64,000 bases of DNA, taken from the NCBI RefSeq assembly GCF_964194155.1, contig NC_135901.1, positions 11,966,001 through 12,030,000 of the forward strand, written 5' to 3'. This document shows positions 1 to 13,529 of the stretch, in pieces. Source of the stretch: Cetorhinus maximus (Eukaryota). Below the pieces are notes generated by a model. That model was not told the DNA's origin, ran no database searches, and saw only the letters and a list, made by a program, of their open reading frames with translations. How positions within the stretch are numbered: position 1 is the first letter of the stretch; each line of letters opens with the position of its first letter. A program made the position numbers and the translations under genes.

Positions 1-189
1 TCTCCTATCGGATACTTAATGCTGTGACTGTTACAATCTCTGATCAAAGCCGCTATCTGAAGTGTTTTATAAAGCCCACGGCAGCCCCGGTCACAGATTC
101 CATTTGCTGCACTCGTACTGAACCGTCTTGCCTCCCCTGTGTTATTGGAGAGGTCGCTGCAGTTGTTCAATGGCTGTGAACAGGAGGGA

Positions 190-228
190 GGTTTTTGTAC
201 AGCGACTGCCGCCTTTCCTCTCAGTGTG
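190..228 (-). other. 23-RSS of V segment at 229-646
   Basis: Minus strand: CACACTG (222-228) + 23-bp spacer + ACAAAAACC (190-198). Confidence 0.92.
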
Positions 229-646
229 AGGCTTTATCGCACAGTAATACACAGCGGTATCCGCGCTCTCCGTCTTCTCAATAACCAATTGGCCCCGTTT
301 GTCCGCAGTGGAAAGTTCCAATTCGAATCGGTTTTGTCTCTCTTTGCCAGCCGAGAACCTGCTTATAATAAACTCCAGTCCCTGACCAGATTTCTGTTTG
401 TACCAGTACATTCCGTTAGTGTTGGACATGTCATAGCTGCAGTTTATCTGCACTGAAGCCGCGCTCTGTACGGTTCTCGCAGTGGGAAATTGGGAAACTT
501 GTTCCGAGCGACATCGACCTGTAAAAACATTCAGACAATGAGACATTGGAGCAACGTGAGTATAAATAGACACTCTCTACATGTTACAGAATAAATCCCC
601 TATACTTACAAGTTAGCAGCACTAGAATGACAATGAGTAGATTCAT
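229..646 (-). CDS. TCR alpha/delta V gene segment, family A, apparently functional (leader 610-646, V exon 229-518)
   Basis: Leader MNLLIVILVLLT ends at a GTAAGT donor; phase-1 intron; AG acceptor at 519-520. Open V exon EQVSQFP..INCSYD..MYWYKQKSGQGLEF..DTAVYYCAIK with both Cys and Trp. Followed directly by a 23-RSS. Confidence 0.9.
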
Positions 647-778
647 TTGTGTCGCGTAATGCATCCTTGCCATTAACGTGTCAGTAAGAAAAGGAAGCAG
701 AGCTCACATCAGCAGAGCACGGAGAGTCTGAACGAAGTCAATCGTCGGTTAATGTGACAGGCAGGGATAATGTTCCAG

Positions 779-836
779 TCACGTGGTTTTGCTGCTCTTG
801 GATTGGTTGGAAATAGGCTTTGTTCTCGTGACGTAA
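779..836. promoter_or_regulatory. Putative V promoter motifs (E-box CACGTG, CCAAT, CRE-like TGACGTAA)
   Basis: Lie 130-190 bp upstream of the leader ATG. The TCACGTGG and GATTGG motifs recur upstream of the paralogous V at about 4334-4366. Confidence 0.4.
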
Positions 837-1379
837 GGATGTCGTTTTGGACCCCCTGCTCCTTTCTCCATCGGTTCCCATCGGAACATGCCAACTGTCG
901 AATCGCCAGGAATTTCCTTTACTCCTTGTGGCGGATTCTCCAAAGGGACAAACTTGGGATCCTGGTCTTTGTGAATATTTGAAACTCTACTACGATTGTC
1001 TTCAGGAATGAAGGCAGCCCGTTGTTAAAATCCCATCTTATCAGCTCTTGTGCTGGAATTGTACATTCAAACTCCCATAGCTGTAAGATTTCTGAATCTG
1101 GATCGGGAAAGAATTGAAGGAGAAACGCATTGGCGCTTTTCAGTAATTAATCATGCACCTGTGTACAGCTGCTGGGAGCATTGACAGTGGAGCTGGTTCA
1201 AAGCCCCCTAGGGCCAGGGATAGGGTGTGGTCCAGATAAGAGGAAGGGAGCGAAAGCTGGGTATGAAAGTCTGCCCTCGCAGCTTTTACACAAATTAGCA
1301 AAGGATGTGATGCGGGAAAAGAAACCAAATGCAGGATGGTGTCAGTTTATCATTTTCCATTTCCGCTCACTTTCCCATG

Positions 1380-2560
1380 GAACACTTCTCATAATTTATG
1401 ACAGCGGTTTTGGCCCTTCTGCACAATAATTCCTCTTGATCTCTCGCCCATCGTGGTTTGCTCTAAGAAACCCCTGTGAGTGAACTTCACTCGATAAGTG
1501 GACGTGGTTGCATAAAGAATTCTGAATCATCTTCGAGAAATTCCGGGGCCTGTAGAAGAACGTGTTCGTCAGCAGGTGGCGACAGTGATCTATTGACATC
1601 TGAATGATAGAGAAACCAATTTTGTTGAACACATAGCAGAAAGCAACATCCCATTGTTACCAATATTGTTATTACATAGATTGCTGCTCAGCCTAATTTC
1701 AGGAGAACATTTATCGCTTGAAATTATCTGAAGGAGAAATAATTAATGAGTTTATTTGAATCCACACCTTCAGAAGCATGTCATCGTCTTGGGGTGAGTC
1801 GAGAATAGATTTACGAGAATTATACCAGGGATGAGGGACCTCGGTCATGTGACGAGATTAGAGAAACTGGGATTGGCCTGCTTAGAGAAGAGAATGTGAA
1901 AGGGTGATGTAATTGATGCGTTTAAATTTATGAATGCTTTTGACAGAGTTGTTCGTGAGATATTGATACTTCTGGTAGGATGATCAGTAGCCACTGCACC
2001 CAGAATTCAGACAATTTGTAAAGAATAAAGGGAAAAATTAGATTTTTTATGCAGCGAGTTGTTATGAGGTGAAGTATGTTTCCTGGTATGGAGAAGGAAA
2101 CATAATCAGCTGTAATTTTCAAAAGGATATTGTATTTATACAGGAAAATGAAAGATGTTTGGAGCTCTGGAGGAAGTGGAGAGGGGAGCTAATTGAATAC
2201 CTTTATTCAGAGTGAGGAAATAGTTCTTGTGAGATGAAGATTTTCCATCTTTGCTGTGACCTTTAATAATTGTGAAATGAAATTTCTATTAATCAAACGT
2301 TCTATAATTGTGCTTTTGACGTTGTTATTCGCGATATTAGCAAAGGGAAGCTTAACAACAATTGCATTACCGAATGCTATGGCACAATTGTAGGTATAAT
2401 GTATTACCTTAAACCTTTCAGCAGTTTAGTAGCTGAAGTAACTTGACTCTGACTTCAGAATCAGTAGATTGTGGATTCCACATCAAATTCAGAATCTGAA
2501 CATAATTGCCAGTATTGCAGTCTTGGCACTAAAAAGGCATTATCTTTTCCGGGACGTCAT
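1380..2560 (+). repeat. Segmental duplication copy 1 (direct paralog at ~25030-26310), includes a CR1 3' remnant
   Basis: Shared blocks such as TTCACTCGATAAGTGGAC, TTCGAGAAATTCCG, GCATTACCGAATG, TTGACTCTGA and CATTATCTTTTC occur in the same order in both copies. Boundaries approximate. Confidence 0.75.
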
Positions 2561-3760
2561 GAACCTTGGCTGTTGGGGTTGGAATTCTAAGATATCTGCA
2601 CACTTTTGATAATGAATATATAGTGTGTAGATGAGTGAAAATCTTCTATAGAGGCGATCAGACTGATGAGTGTCAGGCAGGGGGGCAGCGGCCTCTCGGA
2701 GCCTTGGTCATTCCTCCCTCTGAAAGGAGGCGTTCCATCACCCTGGATTAATCTTCATTGAGGCTGAGAAAGGAATCACTTGAAACAGGGGAATATGAGG
2801 GGAAAACACAATGACACTCCAGAGCCTTGTAGGAAAAATGAACACGGGCACCCGGCTCTAATTTAACACATATCTGTAGAAGGGGCTGTAATTCCCCTCC
2901 GAGGAATTACCAACCGATTTGAAAGTTACTGGTAAGAGATGATATCAAAGCTGACAAAATGTAGCTTTGAATATAGGTGACCCATGTTCGGGGGAGACGG
3001 AGGCATAATGGTGTCACTGGACTTGAAATCCAGAGGCCCAGTGTAATGCTGTGGGGACACGCGTTCAAATAGCAACTCTGGGATATAAATCATTAATATT
3101 GACCACGGCTACTATCACCGATTGTTGTAAAATCCTATCTGGTTCACTAAAGTCCTTGAGCAAAAGTAAGCTGCCGTCCTTACCTGGCCTGGCCTACATG
3201 TGCCTCTAGAAATATCTCAATCACTATAACTCAACAGACTGAGATGATTCATGCGATACACGAGGGGAAATTTCCTTTGGCCTCTCCGGGCAAAACTCAA
3301 AGTTGTTTTAACGTTGTCACAATGTCATCCTTTTCGACAGTTTTTTCTTTGTTTCAGGTGCAGAGGGTAACTGTAGCGCATTGTGAATACTTCAATGTAA
3401 ACGCAAATGTTGCAATAGAATTATGTTGACGCTTTCAATGAGTCTCCAAACACCGTAATGAAATAGACCAACACTCAGTAAAGTGACCGCGGGATATAAT
3501 CCCACAATGATAAAGCTTTCCTCACATTAAAGACTGCACTCACTGAGTTACTGTCTTTTCAGTCCGATACTTTATGACGTGACCGAGATTTCTGATCAAA
3601 ACAGTACTTAACTGGGCGTTAGATAGACGCTTTGCGCTGTCATTGCCCACGGAAGCCCCGCTCACAGCCTCTTTCTGCTGCTCTCGTTCTGTACCTTTTT
3701 GCCTGCCCAGTGCTATTGAAGATATTGCTGCAGCTGTTCCAGAACTGCAAACAGGAGCGA

Positions 3761-4210
3761 GGCTTTTGTAAAGTGACTGCAGCCTTTCCTCTCAGTGTGA
3801 GGCCCTATCGCACAGTAATACACAGCGGTGTCCGCGCTCTCGTGTTCTCAATAACCCCGTTTCTCCGCAATGGAAAGACCCAATTGAAATCATCCCCCCT
3901 TTTTCCCCTGCCAGCGAATGCTCGCTCTATTTCCCAATCCAGTCTGTGACCGGATTTCCGTTTGTATCAAAGCAGGGGCGTAAATACTGGACACGTCATA
4001 GCTGCAGTTTATGTGCACCAAATCCCCGCTGAAGGCTGTTCTAGAAGCGGGAGACTGCAGCACTTGGCCCGAGAGACATCGACCTGTACAAGCATCCAAA
4101 CAATGAGACGCAGGAGCAAGGTGAGTACAAAAAATAAACCCTGCGAGTTATTGAGTACAGATCCTGTACCTACATGTTAGCAGAACCAGAATGACGAGTG
4201 ATAGATTCAT
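3761..4210 (-). pseudogene. TCR V pseudogene, family A (leader 4174-4210, V exon 3800-4083, 23-RSS 3761-3799)
   Basis: Paralog of 229-646. Intact leader MNLSLVILVLLT. Frameshift near CDR1, conserved Trp codon changed to TGA, 8-bp deletion in FR3. RSS is CACACTG-23-ACAAAAGCC. Confidence 0.88.
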
Positions 4211-6399
4211 TACATCCCTGCAATTCAAATGTCAATAAGAAAATGACACACAACTCACATCAGGAGAACACGAACTGAGGGAAGCACATTGAATGGTCTA
4301 ATTAATGTCAGAGCCACCCAATTGAATTCTCTGTCACGTGGGTTTTCTGCTTTTGTATTGATTGGAAATGGACATTCTTCACTCACGATGCAGTATGATT
4401 GATTGACTGCTCCCTTCACCAGCGGTTTGTTCTCTAAAGACCACTTTGTCCTTGTGGAGGGTAGTGAGGGGAACAGAATCCCTTTGGGATGGTGACCGTT
4501 GAAATTGATTTGTCCGGCGCCCTAAGTTCGAATCCAGTAAAATCCTTTCCTACAGAGTAGGTGGAGCATGTTTAACTTTACCGTGGAGAGGAGTAAACCC
4601 ATTCAGCCCAGCCTGAATAACCATTTTGTTCTAGGGTAAATAGAGTTGTAAAACCACATGCCATAAAGGAGTAAGCATATTCAAGACAGTCTGAACAACT
4701 TATTCTGTTAGGATGGATGTGGAACTGTACATCATATGTGAGTCAAAACATTTGGGAGAACACGTAGACGTGTAGAGGTTGTCTGACAGGAGCCTGCGGT
4801 AGATACTGTATTGGAGCACTCAATCTTTGCCTCACAGTGCCTCGTTGCACAGTGTTACACTCCAGCATCTGACACCATGGTGCTGCCAATACCGAGAATG
4901 TTCTAACTTCTTGTTGGGTCAATAAAGAGCGTGAACCGACCGTCAGTGGTGTTGCCGTTGAAAGCATATAGGATAAATTTCGGGACACGGTTCTCTAGTT
5001 GCCTGTATCAGCTGTTGCTGTCCATAACTCTGGTCTTTGCATTGCACCAGATTTCAATCGATTGTCCCTCTTGTGCAAACATCTGCTGTGGTTGGTGAAT
5101 CGCTGCCTAACTATTGAGAATGAAGGACAAGGAAATGAGAAACAAAGAAATAACAAAAAAAAATCTAACACCGAATTCAGCACAAAACACTCACCTAAAA
5201 TCAACAATTTTAAAGTCACTATTTCATTCATTGCGTTTTCCTGGATTTTACGCCGGCTGGATCTGGAATATTATAGGAAAATCGATTTAGTTTGGGATGA
5301 TTTTGATGCGCAATCGATTATATTATTTCCAGCTTGATATGAAAGTAAGTGCCTCTTATACGTTCACCGAGGGACAGGGAACAAAACAATCATGAGATCT
5401 GTACCTCTTAGTCTCACTGACACGCCCTCTGGTGGCCTTATTTCTCATTACTTGGTTTCAAACAGTAGTGCTCTCTCAGAACCAGCAGAAAATTGTGACG
5501 TGGTTAGTCAGACGCTTGCCCTTTGAAAATATTGGACCTAGGTTGAAATATAGCCTAGGCTGAGTGTGATGGAAGCCTCTGATGGGAACCGATTAGGTCA
5601 ACGGGACAAACAATGGCCTTTCACCAGCACCAATTTGGTTCAAAACCGAATGGAAACACCAATTACGGGCATAAGCTTTCTGATGGGGAATGGGCACATC
5701 AGTGCTGTTGACTCTAGTAAACTCCTCCATTCAAATAGAAGCCATGAATCGAGTAAAGCAGCATATAACTTTGGGTGGGAAAGGTCTTAACTTCAACAGT
5801 GCGGCTTTGAGGCTTGTTCTTGTGGCAGAGCCCTGTACACGTGTGGCGCAGATTGCACTGGCTACAAAGGCGCAACATTAACGGTCACCCAACCCAGGCA
5901 AAGAAATGCAATGGAAATATTTTCAAAGCATCACAAACCATCGATGCGCCAGCTGGTTGCCCAAAGAGGTAAGTACTTGTTCTTGAAGCATGTCACCGTC
6001 ACTGCAGGGCTTGAGTGCAAAGTCAATGCTGAAAATCCACTCTATTACTGAGAGAGTCCTTCACTGTCCGAGATGCCATCTTTCGGGCGAAGCTTCAATC
6101 AGAGGCCCCATCTGCCATTTCTGGTGGATGTAATTTGACTCCTGGCAGCATTTTGAAGAAGTGAAGTTATCCCTAATGCGCTGGACAATGTTTAATCCTC
6201 AATCAACATCACAATGACAGATTATCTGGTCATTATCACGTTGTTGCTTGTGGGATCTTGCTGTGCGCATTTTGGCTTCCTGCATTGCAACAGTGAATAT
6301 AGTTCAAAAGCACTACATTGGCCGAAAAAGCGCTTTGAGACACCCGTTTGCCTAGAAACAGGGAAAGACATTGGGGAAGTGACGGAGGGCGAGATACAC

Positions 6400-6800
6400 A
6401 AAGCAACACAGAAATGGATGCCGGGAGAAAGACTGAGGGAGAGGCAGGCAGGGAGACAGAGACACTGGCAGGAAATGAAGGAGGGAAGTGGAGAAGAAAG
6501 AGATAGAGCAACAAGGATACAGGGAGAAGCAGGAGAGTAAAGGGGCAGAAGTACAGGGAGAAGGGCCGAGGTAGAGACGGAGAAAGAAGAAAAGAGAAAT
6601 AAAGGAAATCAGAAAATGTTGGAGAGACAATGAGATAAAAAGAGGGAGAGGTAGTGAGAGGCGATAGATCAAGGAGGGAAATAGACGAAGATACAGTGAG
6701 GGAGGAAACCTTAGGGTCTGAGAAACGTAAAGAAACGGTAGAAGAGTCAACGGGAGAAACAGGGGGAGAGACAGTGAGACAGACAGTGATTAAGATGGAA
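6400..6800. repeat. GA-rich low-complexity tract
   Basis: Purine-rich degenerate (GA)n/(GAGACA)n sequence; source of spurious ORFs. Confidence 0.7.
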
Positions 6801-7620
6801 GCAGGAAGTCCAGGAAAGGGAATTAGATCAGTAATATGGGGAGATAAAAATAGCACATCATCTGGAAAGAGTTTATCTCGAATGATATTTTAAGTTAAAC
6901 TGCGACCGCAAGGCAAGTTGACACGGATTCAATCCAATAAATTATAACTTTAGGACTAAGATCAAGAGATAGACGGTCGCTTTGAGACCCGCCAGAGATT
7001 CGCTTGTAATGGCTTCTTCTCCTGCTCCTGCACCTCTGTTGTCCCCCAAAGATCTATCCTTGGTGCCCTTCGATTTCTAATCTACATGCTGCTCCTTGGC
7101 GGCAACATTTGAAAACACAACCTTCGTTTTAACATGTACGCTAACAACGCCAAGCTCCACCTCACCACCACATCCCCCGACTCCTCTCCTGCTGCTAAAT
7201 TATCAAACTGCTTATCCAACTTACAGTGAGGCATCGCCATGATAGGCCGAATGGCCTCATTACCTTGCTCTAAGATTCAATGATTCTAGTTCTTTCATGT
7301 CCCTCCCACCTTATTTGTTCTCAGTCCCTTCAAGATGAGCAGGTGCAGGATGATCACTGGCCTTGAAGATTCAACCGTCGCTATTTCCGCTCCATCTGTT
7401 CCGAGGGCCGCACACTTCGCACAACTTTGAGCCTGCGATCTCCCCGCCCACAGCTTCCGTTTGCTGTTCTCTCTCTGACCGGATTGTCTTCTTGGAGAGA
7501 TTGCTGCCGCTGGTCTATTCTTGACATTTGTTGGATCCGCAGTGCAGTGGGACGGATGTCTGTATTTCCGCTCCGACAGATAATTTCTCGCACTGCAGAG
7601 TTACACACTCAGAAATTATC

Positions 7621-8156
7621 ATAGGGAACCGTCTCGCTCCGCTCCTCATCGTAATGTCACTTCTCATTAAGTATTTCCTTCCCAGTAAAAAAAAAATCCC
7701 CTAATTAATGTCACACATATTATTGTTGGTACAATAACGGTGATGGTTTTGATTCCGATTATATTGATCAATATGAGGCTGACCCTGATTTTTGTTCATG
7801 CTATTGTTTTATATTAGAATGGAGCCACCAAGACACAATGGAACTGTTGCTGAAATAACGGTTGAAGGGGAAAGTAAGGCCACATTAGCCTGCACCTTGA
7901 AAACAAGCGATTCTATCCCTTATGTGTTGTGGTACAGTCAGAACCCCGGGCAGCCTCCACAGTACATGCTTCGTGTCCTGGGATGGAAACTATGCAGACA
8001 CACCGACATCACTAATCGCTTTTCAGCAACGTTCAATAAAACTGCCAAAATTGCAGAGCTAATGATCAGCAACACTTTAATCTCTGACAGTGCGATATAT
8101 TTCTGTGCCATGCAGCCCACACTGCAGCAGAGATATCGCGGATCCCGTAGAAACCC
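7621..8156 (+). pseudogene. TCR V pseudogene/ORF, family B (leader remnant 7621-7666, V exon 7818-8117, RSS 8118-8156)
   Basis: V domain ATLACTLK..VLWYSQNPGQPPQY..RFSATF..SDSAIYFCAMQ is open. Start codon is ATA, the canonical donor is mutated (TTAAGT), and FR1 has a 4-nt deletion relative to the paralog at 42.5 kb. RSS is CACACTG + 22/23 bp + degenerate nonamer. Confidence 0.82.
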
Positions 8157-8182
8157 CCCACAATGAGAGTTCCAGTTAGTGC

Positions 8183-8196
8183 TCAGCAGAGGGCGC
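8183..8196 (+). promoter_or_regulatory. CTCF-like motif just downstream of V RSS
   Basis: TCAGCAGAGGGCGC matches the CTCF core consensus. Same motif at the same position in paralogs at 9508-9521 and 42106-42119. Confidence 0.55.
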
Positions 8197-8986
8197 CCTC
8201 ACACCGATAAACAGAAACAATAATCCCGCCTCCACAGTCAGAGTCAGAGGGGCCGTCGTAACATTGCAACAAAACACAACCCTCTACAAGAACAGACAAT
8301 GACCACTTCAGCAGTAATATCAATGTGCGATTTGAGCTCGCACATCTAAAAAAAATGAACATTACGAATCGATCTATGGCGCTTGAACTCACCTTTATTT
8401 TCTTTGGATGCCTTTCCCTATGGACTTGTTCTTTCTCAACCCCTGACTCCATCTGTGACCCATAATTTCAGACATTTCCTTCTGCCAGTCTTTGGCTTAA
8501 ACGTTTCAGACCATTGATATTTGTTTATAATTCAGCTCAGGACTATTCTAGCCGAGTTGCCCTTAGATTCAGCCCCAGTATTATCCGAGGTTGCTAATGA
8601 AGATTTCCTTCGTTATTGAGCAAATTACTAACCCTGGTACGCCAGTGTCCACCCTGCCCTCACCCAATATGGAAGGAATGTGAAAGTACCGCAAATCTTA
8701 CCGACAGGCATAATTATATGATTTTCGAAGGGGACATTGTTTTTGAATTCAGATCCTTACAGATGGATTCGATTTGTGTCGTCACTGCTTGCTCCAATCC
8801 CGCACACATTTTCCGTTTGCTGCGGTCGCTCTGGCCCGCCTTGCCTGCCCTGTGTTATTGGACAGATTACTGCCACAGTTCTCAGTTTGGCATTGTTTGG
8901 GGCAGCATTTCAGTGGAGCGGGAATCTGTATTTCTGCTCTGACAGAGGATTTCCCGGACTGCAGAATTACAGAAAGAAGGATCATC

Positions 8987-9483
8987 ATGTAGAAACATAC
9001 TGGATCGCTCCTCATTATTATATCACTTCTCAAAAAGTATTTCTTTCCCAGTTAAACTCTATTCTCCCCCTCAGCGCTGTAACTCACATTTTATTGTTAA
9101 TGCACTAATGATGATGTTGTTGATGATGAGACCGTGACTATTAATAATATATATGTCAGAATTGAGCCACCAACAAACAGTTGCTGAAATGACGGCTGAA
9201 GAGGGAGGTAATATCACCCTGAACCGCACCTTCAAACCAAACTATTCTAAGACCTATGTGCTGTGATGTAATCAACATCCCAGGCACCCTCCACTGTCAC
9301 CCTCTCCATAGATGAATAGAAAACTGGAAATTCTACTTTGCGGACCGATTCTGTTCTAGGCTTAGTAAAATTGCTAAGATCACCGAGTTAACGATTAGTA
9401 TAGCTCGGACCTCTGACCGCGGTGCATTTCTGCATCTTGATCCTACGCTGCTGTAGGGATACAGCGGATGTCGGCCAAAAACC
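8987..9483 (+). pseudogene. TCR V pseudogene, family B
   Basis: Leader ATG-TAG with lost donor. Exon from 9160 (VAEMTAEEGGNITLNR..YVL*) has first Cys>Arg, Trp>TGA and further stops. Degenerate heptamer TACGCTG and nonamer CCAAAAACC. Confidence 0.8.
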
Positions 9484-11251
9484 TACAGCGACAGTTCCCG
9501 TTACTGCTCAGCAGAGGGCGTTCTCACAATGGCAAACGGAAGCAATAATTCAACCTCGTTGCGAGCATCCGAGGTATCTTTCCAAAAGTGCAATAAAACA
9601 CAAAACGCAACAAGAACTGGTGAGCTCCACTTGCAGGACAATATTGCTTTATGGTTTCAATTCGCAATTGAACTAAAAATAAACCTCAGAAATGCAGCTA
9701 TGTAGCTTTAACTGACGAAACCAGAAACTACTGGGGAAACTCAGTACCTCCGGCAGCATCTGTGAAGAGAGAAGCGGAGTTAACGTTTGGAGTCCAAAAT
9801 CACTCCTGGTCAGGGCTGAGGAGGGGTAGGAATGTGAAGGGTTTTATGCGGTTGCAAAAGACCTTCAACTGACCGTGCCTCTTTCAATTTATTTGCCCTC
9901 TCTGTCTCTTTTTGCCACCTGTTTCCAGAGTTCACACAGAATTGTTGAACACTCCTTCTTCCAGTCTTTATTTGAATGATATTAAAACCTTTGTTTCTAC
10001 TCGGAAAATGAATTGAGAACTTCCACACAGCAGCTTCCCACAAACATGGACTGTCTGATCAATCTTTCAAACTCGATCCATTGACATCTGAACACTTGCA
10101 GAATATCCAGCAGAGGGCGGCGGATCACAGCATCCTTCTTGCTGATCACAGCACAAGCAGTGATCTAAAAACACTGGAATAAAGAGAAGTTTAATAAGTG
10201 AAATCAACTTGGCTTAATAGGTTGGAGAAGGTATGATCATCACAAAAAAAATTGCATATAGATGGTTTGGAAGCTCTTATTATGCAGAGGGCAGAGTAAG
10301 TGAGTAGAAGGTGCAGCTAATGGGGAAATAATGTGAAAATGTGAATGGAAAACCCGCCCTGAGGTCTGTTTTCTGAAGTCTTTGACTGGAACGATTTCGA
10401 CGCCATATCTATTTCCACTATGAGTGAAAATTATATGGAAAGCCTTTCCTGGGGGCTGGCATTGAGTTCTAGTTAAAGAGGTCTCGCTCTACACGTCCCC
10501 TGGGAGTTGTGAACCTGCTCTCTGAGCTTAGACCCCGTGCATTTGAACAGATGAGTGTCAAATTGCTGAAAAGCGCAAACCCGGCTCTCCCGCCATTCTC
10601 ACTCACAGCAAATCTAAAATCTGAGAGTCATTGCTGATTAAATGAATGAGTAATGATACAACGAGGACTACAACAAACCAAATAGAATTTAATCGTTCTA
10701 AACTGAAGGGGGCAGTGAGCAAATGTCTGTTTACATTAGGAGAGTATTTTGCCTGTTCAATTATTTGCACCGTAACAATGGGTATCGGTGTTCTAATATT
10801 AGAACTCCATAAAGCACTCCACAAAACATTTAATCATAGCCAGATTACTGGTTAAGTGGTTCACCAGGGAAATCTCACTGGAGTCACGGTTCCCAGTGTC
10901 CTGACAGTAAGACTGAAAGAATTATAGTGAACGAACTGACCTGGAAAAAAAAATCAAATCTATGAAAAATGCTGTGTTTGACAGTTAAAATATCGAGACA
11001 TTGCTTTAATTGTCACCGTCTCTCCTGTAAAACGGAAACAGTCCCCCTATGAGGCCAGTAACGGAATCCCAGCTCAGGGCGTTTCCATTCACTGGCAGCT
11101 AGCTCACCATCTACTGGTTTCACAGCACCACCGGGGACATAAGGAAGTGAGGTGAGAACATCCAGAGACATGACAGCAGGTTATTGAGGGTGGAGTTTAG
11201 AACGGGTGTCTTCAAATATTCAACTCCCCCTTTACAGAGCGGACAGCCACA

Positions 11252-11719
11252 ATGCGGCTGCTCAGCATCTGGGTGGTGTGGGGAGTATTTCTGACAGGTA
11301 ATTGTGGATTAAACACCTTTTATCTTTTCTCTCATTTTTAAAACATGCCTTAAAATTGTACTTTAAACAGTTTTCTATCTGATCTTTTTCTGTTTGAACA
11401 ATGTATTTTCAGATGTGATTCATGGAGATTCTGTCACTCAGCCGCTGTCCTTAGATGTTAAGACAGAAGGAGAAGCGGTGACTTTAAACTGTAACTATGA
11501 TACTACAGAGGGCAGCTATTATTTATACTGGTACCGGCAACACCCAGACTCCCAGCCTGAGTTTATACTGTGGAAACACTCAGGCGGTACTGAAGATAAA
11601 GCAGATTTTGCTAAAAGCCGTTTCTCTGCAGAGCTCCAGACCTCCACTAAATTCACCAGTTTGAGCATCTCGGATCTACAGCTGACTGACGCTGCCGTGT
11701 ATTACTGCGCTCTCAGACT
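11252..11719 (+). CDS. TCR alpha/delta V gene segment, apparently functional (leader 11252-11297, V exon 11413-11719)
   Basis: Leader MRLLSIWVVWGVFLT, GTAATT donor, TTTTCAG acceptor. Exon DSVTQP..VTLNCNYDTTEGSYYLYWYRQHPDSQPEFIL..RFSAELQ..LTDAAVYYCALR is typical of TRAV/TRDV. Confidence 0.93.
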
Positions 11720-11758
11720 CACAGTGATGGAAAGCAGCCTCACGCCTGTACAAAAACT
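11720..11758 (+). other. 23-RSS
   Basis: CACAGTG + 23 bp + ACAAAAACT. Confidence 0.93.
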
Positions 11759-13529
11759 GCCTTTAGACTGTGGATAGGAGCTCCTGTCGATTGGGGTTTG
11801 CTTCGAATCTCGGGCAGGTGCAGCCACAATGTTCAGCGGCGCTCTCAGCCACTCAAACACAAACCGAGTGGAAACCACATTCACCTCGGATCAAACTGTC
11901 ACCAATTATTTCCAGGAGCGGCCGAGAAAACAAACTTCAGAATCCAATCCGATCAACAGATCTTCACAGAATCAAGTTTCAAAGCGCCCGTTCTAATCCC
12001 CCACTCTCAAAAATATGCTGCCATGTCTCAGGATGTTCTCACCTCACTTCCTTGTCTCTCTGGTTCTGTGAGATGTGTCGGTGGTGAGCTGCCTGACATG
12101 GAATGGAAACACCCCGAGCTGGACTACAGTCAGTGTCCTGATAGGGTGATGGCTGCACTTTTAGAGACGGGGGTGGGGGGGGCGGGGGGGTGGGATGTAA
12201 TCCTGGCCTCTTCATTATCGTCAGAAAACTCGGGATTATTAATGGTGACAGGACACATTCCAAAATTAAGGAAACATTCTGAAGCTCAACAGTCACTGGG
12301 CGAACTTTGTACTTGGAGTTTGTCCGACCTCGTGTCAGTCACTACCTGGTGAACCCTGTTCATTGCGTATAACCTGTCTCTGGCCCAGCAACACACTCTG
12401 ATCAAATCAACCCTGCGAACAGGCCGCGGTCAAAGACTGCAGGGAACTGGCAGAAGAAATGGAGAAGAGTTGTTCAATAATGCAGGAAGGCACGGAAACT
12501 GCACCCAAAGCCAAAGATTAAATAAAAGTGATCAAATAGATTTATGAAGGTCGCTTTTAGTAAAAATGCGAGTTTAAATCAACTAATATAACTCCGCAAG
12601 TGATTCTCCCCTCTTTTTGTTGAGTGTTGTGTTTTGTTATTTTGTTTCAGGAAGGTCCCTATGACTCTCATTTTGGAGGCTTTCTCTGATTGGTTCTCTT
12701 TCTCTAATTGGTTCTCTTTCGCTGATTGGTTCTCTTTCTCTCTCCGACTTCCTCAGTGTCTCTTTGTGTCTCTGCCTCTCTGGTGAGCCAATCAATCCTT
12801 GATATAAGGTTCCTCGGTGCTGTAAAACACATAGAAATGAATACAAGTAACTCAGGGAGTGAATGCAGAGTTTGACAAATTCCACATACACACAGTTACC
12901 CGAAACCAGCACAAGCGGTGTGACCGTCAGTGTAGAGTTTTCACATTGATATTTGACAATCAATAAATGTCGTTTCTGTTTGTCCCATTCAATTAAACCA
13001 TACTGACCAGAGACCATAGGGATGGTGAATATAAACTGGACGAATATGGAAAGGAAATAGGAAGTAAATATGCATTTAAAGGTAAAGGAGCAAAAGTGTT
13101 TAGGGGTTCCTGTACCGCGAATGAGGAACAAGCAAATATTGTTGTTAAATTCTATGATTCTAAATCGGCGATGACCATTTGAGTTAGAAATACGACAGAT
13201 CAAACCTTCTGCTTCACAGCAAGAGAATGAGGGAGAAATTCCTTCCCAGTGACTGTTCAAGAGTCCTTTACTTTGAGACGGCCAATCCTTGAGTGGGACT
13301 CTTAATGACGTCTGGTGACAACATCCCATAATAAGCCAATTGGTGACAATGTCACCCATCACTATTCGCCATTCAACGTACGAGGAGAATGTGATGCTGT
13401 CCCGTCCCCTCCCCCTTGCCACCATTGAGAGACCGGGACTCGGCAGCAAGTCCCAGTCTGGAAATCAGACCCTGATTGATCCGCCTTTTGTCCACATTCA
13501 TCGTCCTGAACAGAAACTCCGGCAAAAAC

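Noticed and set aside
6214-6893. Several overlapping ORFs
   Set aside because: Products of GA-rich low-complexity sequence and a SINE-like remnant.
12637-13449. 270-aa minus-strand ORF
   Set aside because: No recognisable domain. The C-terminus comes from an 18-bp ATTGG-containing repeat and GA tracts; probably spurious.
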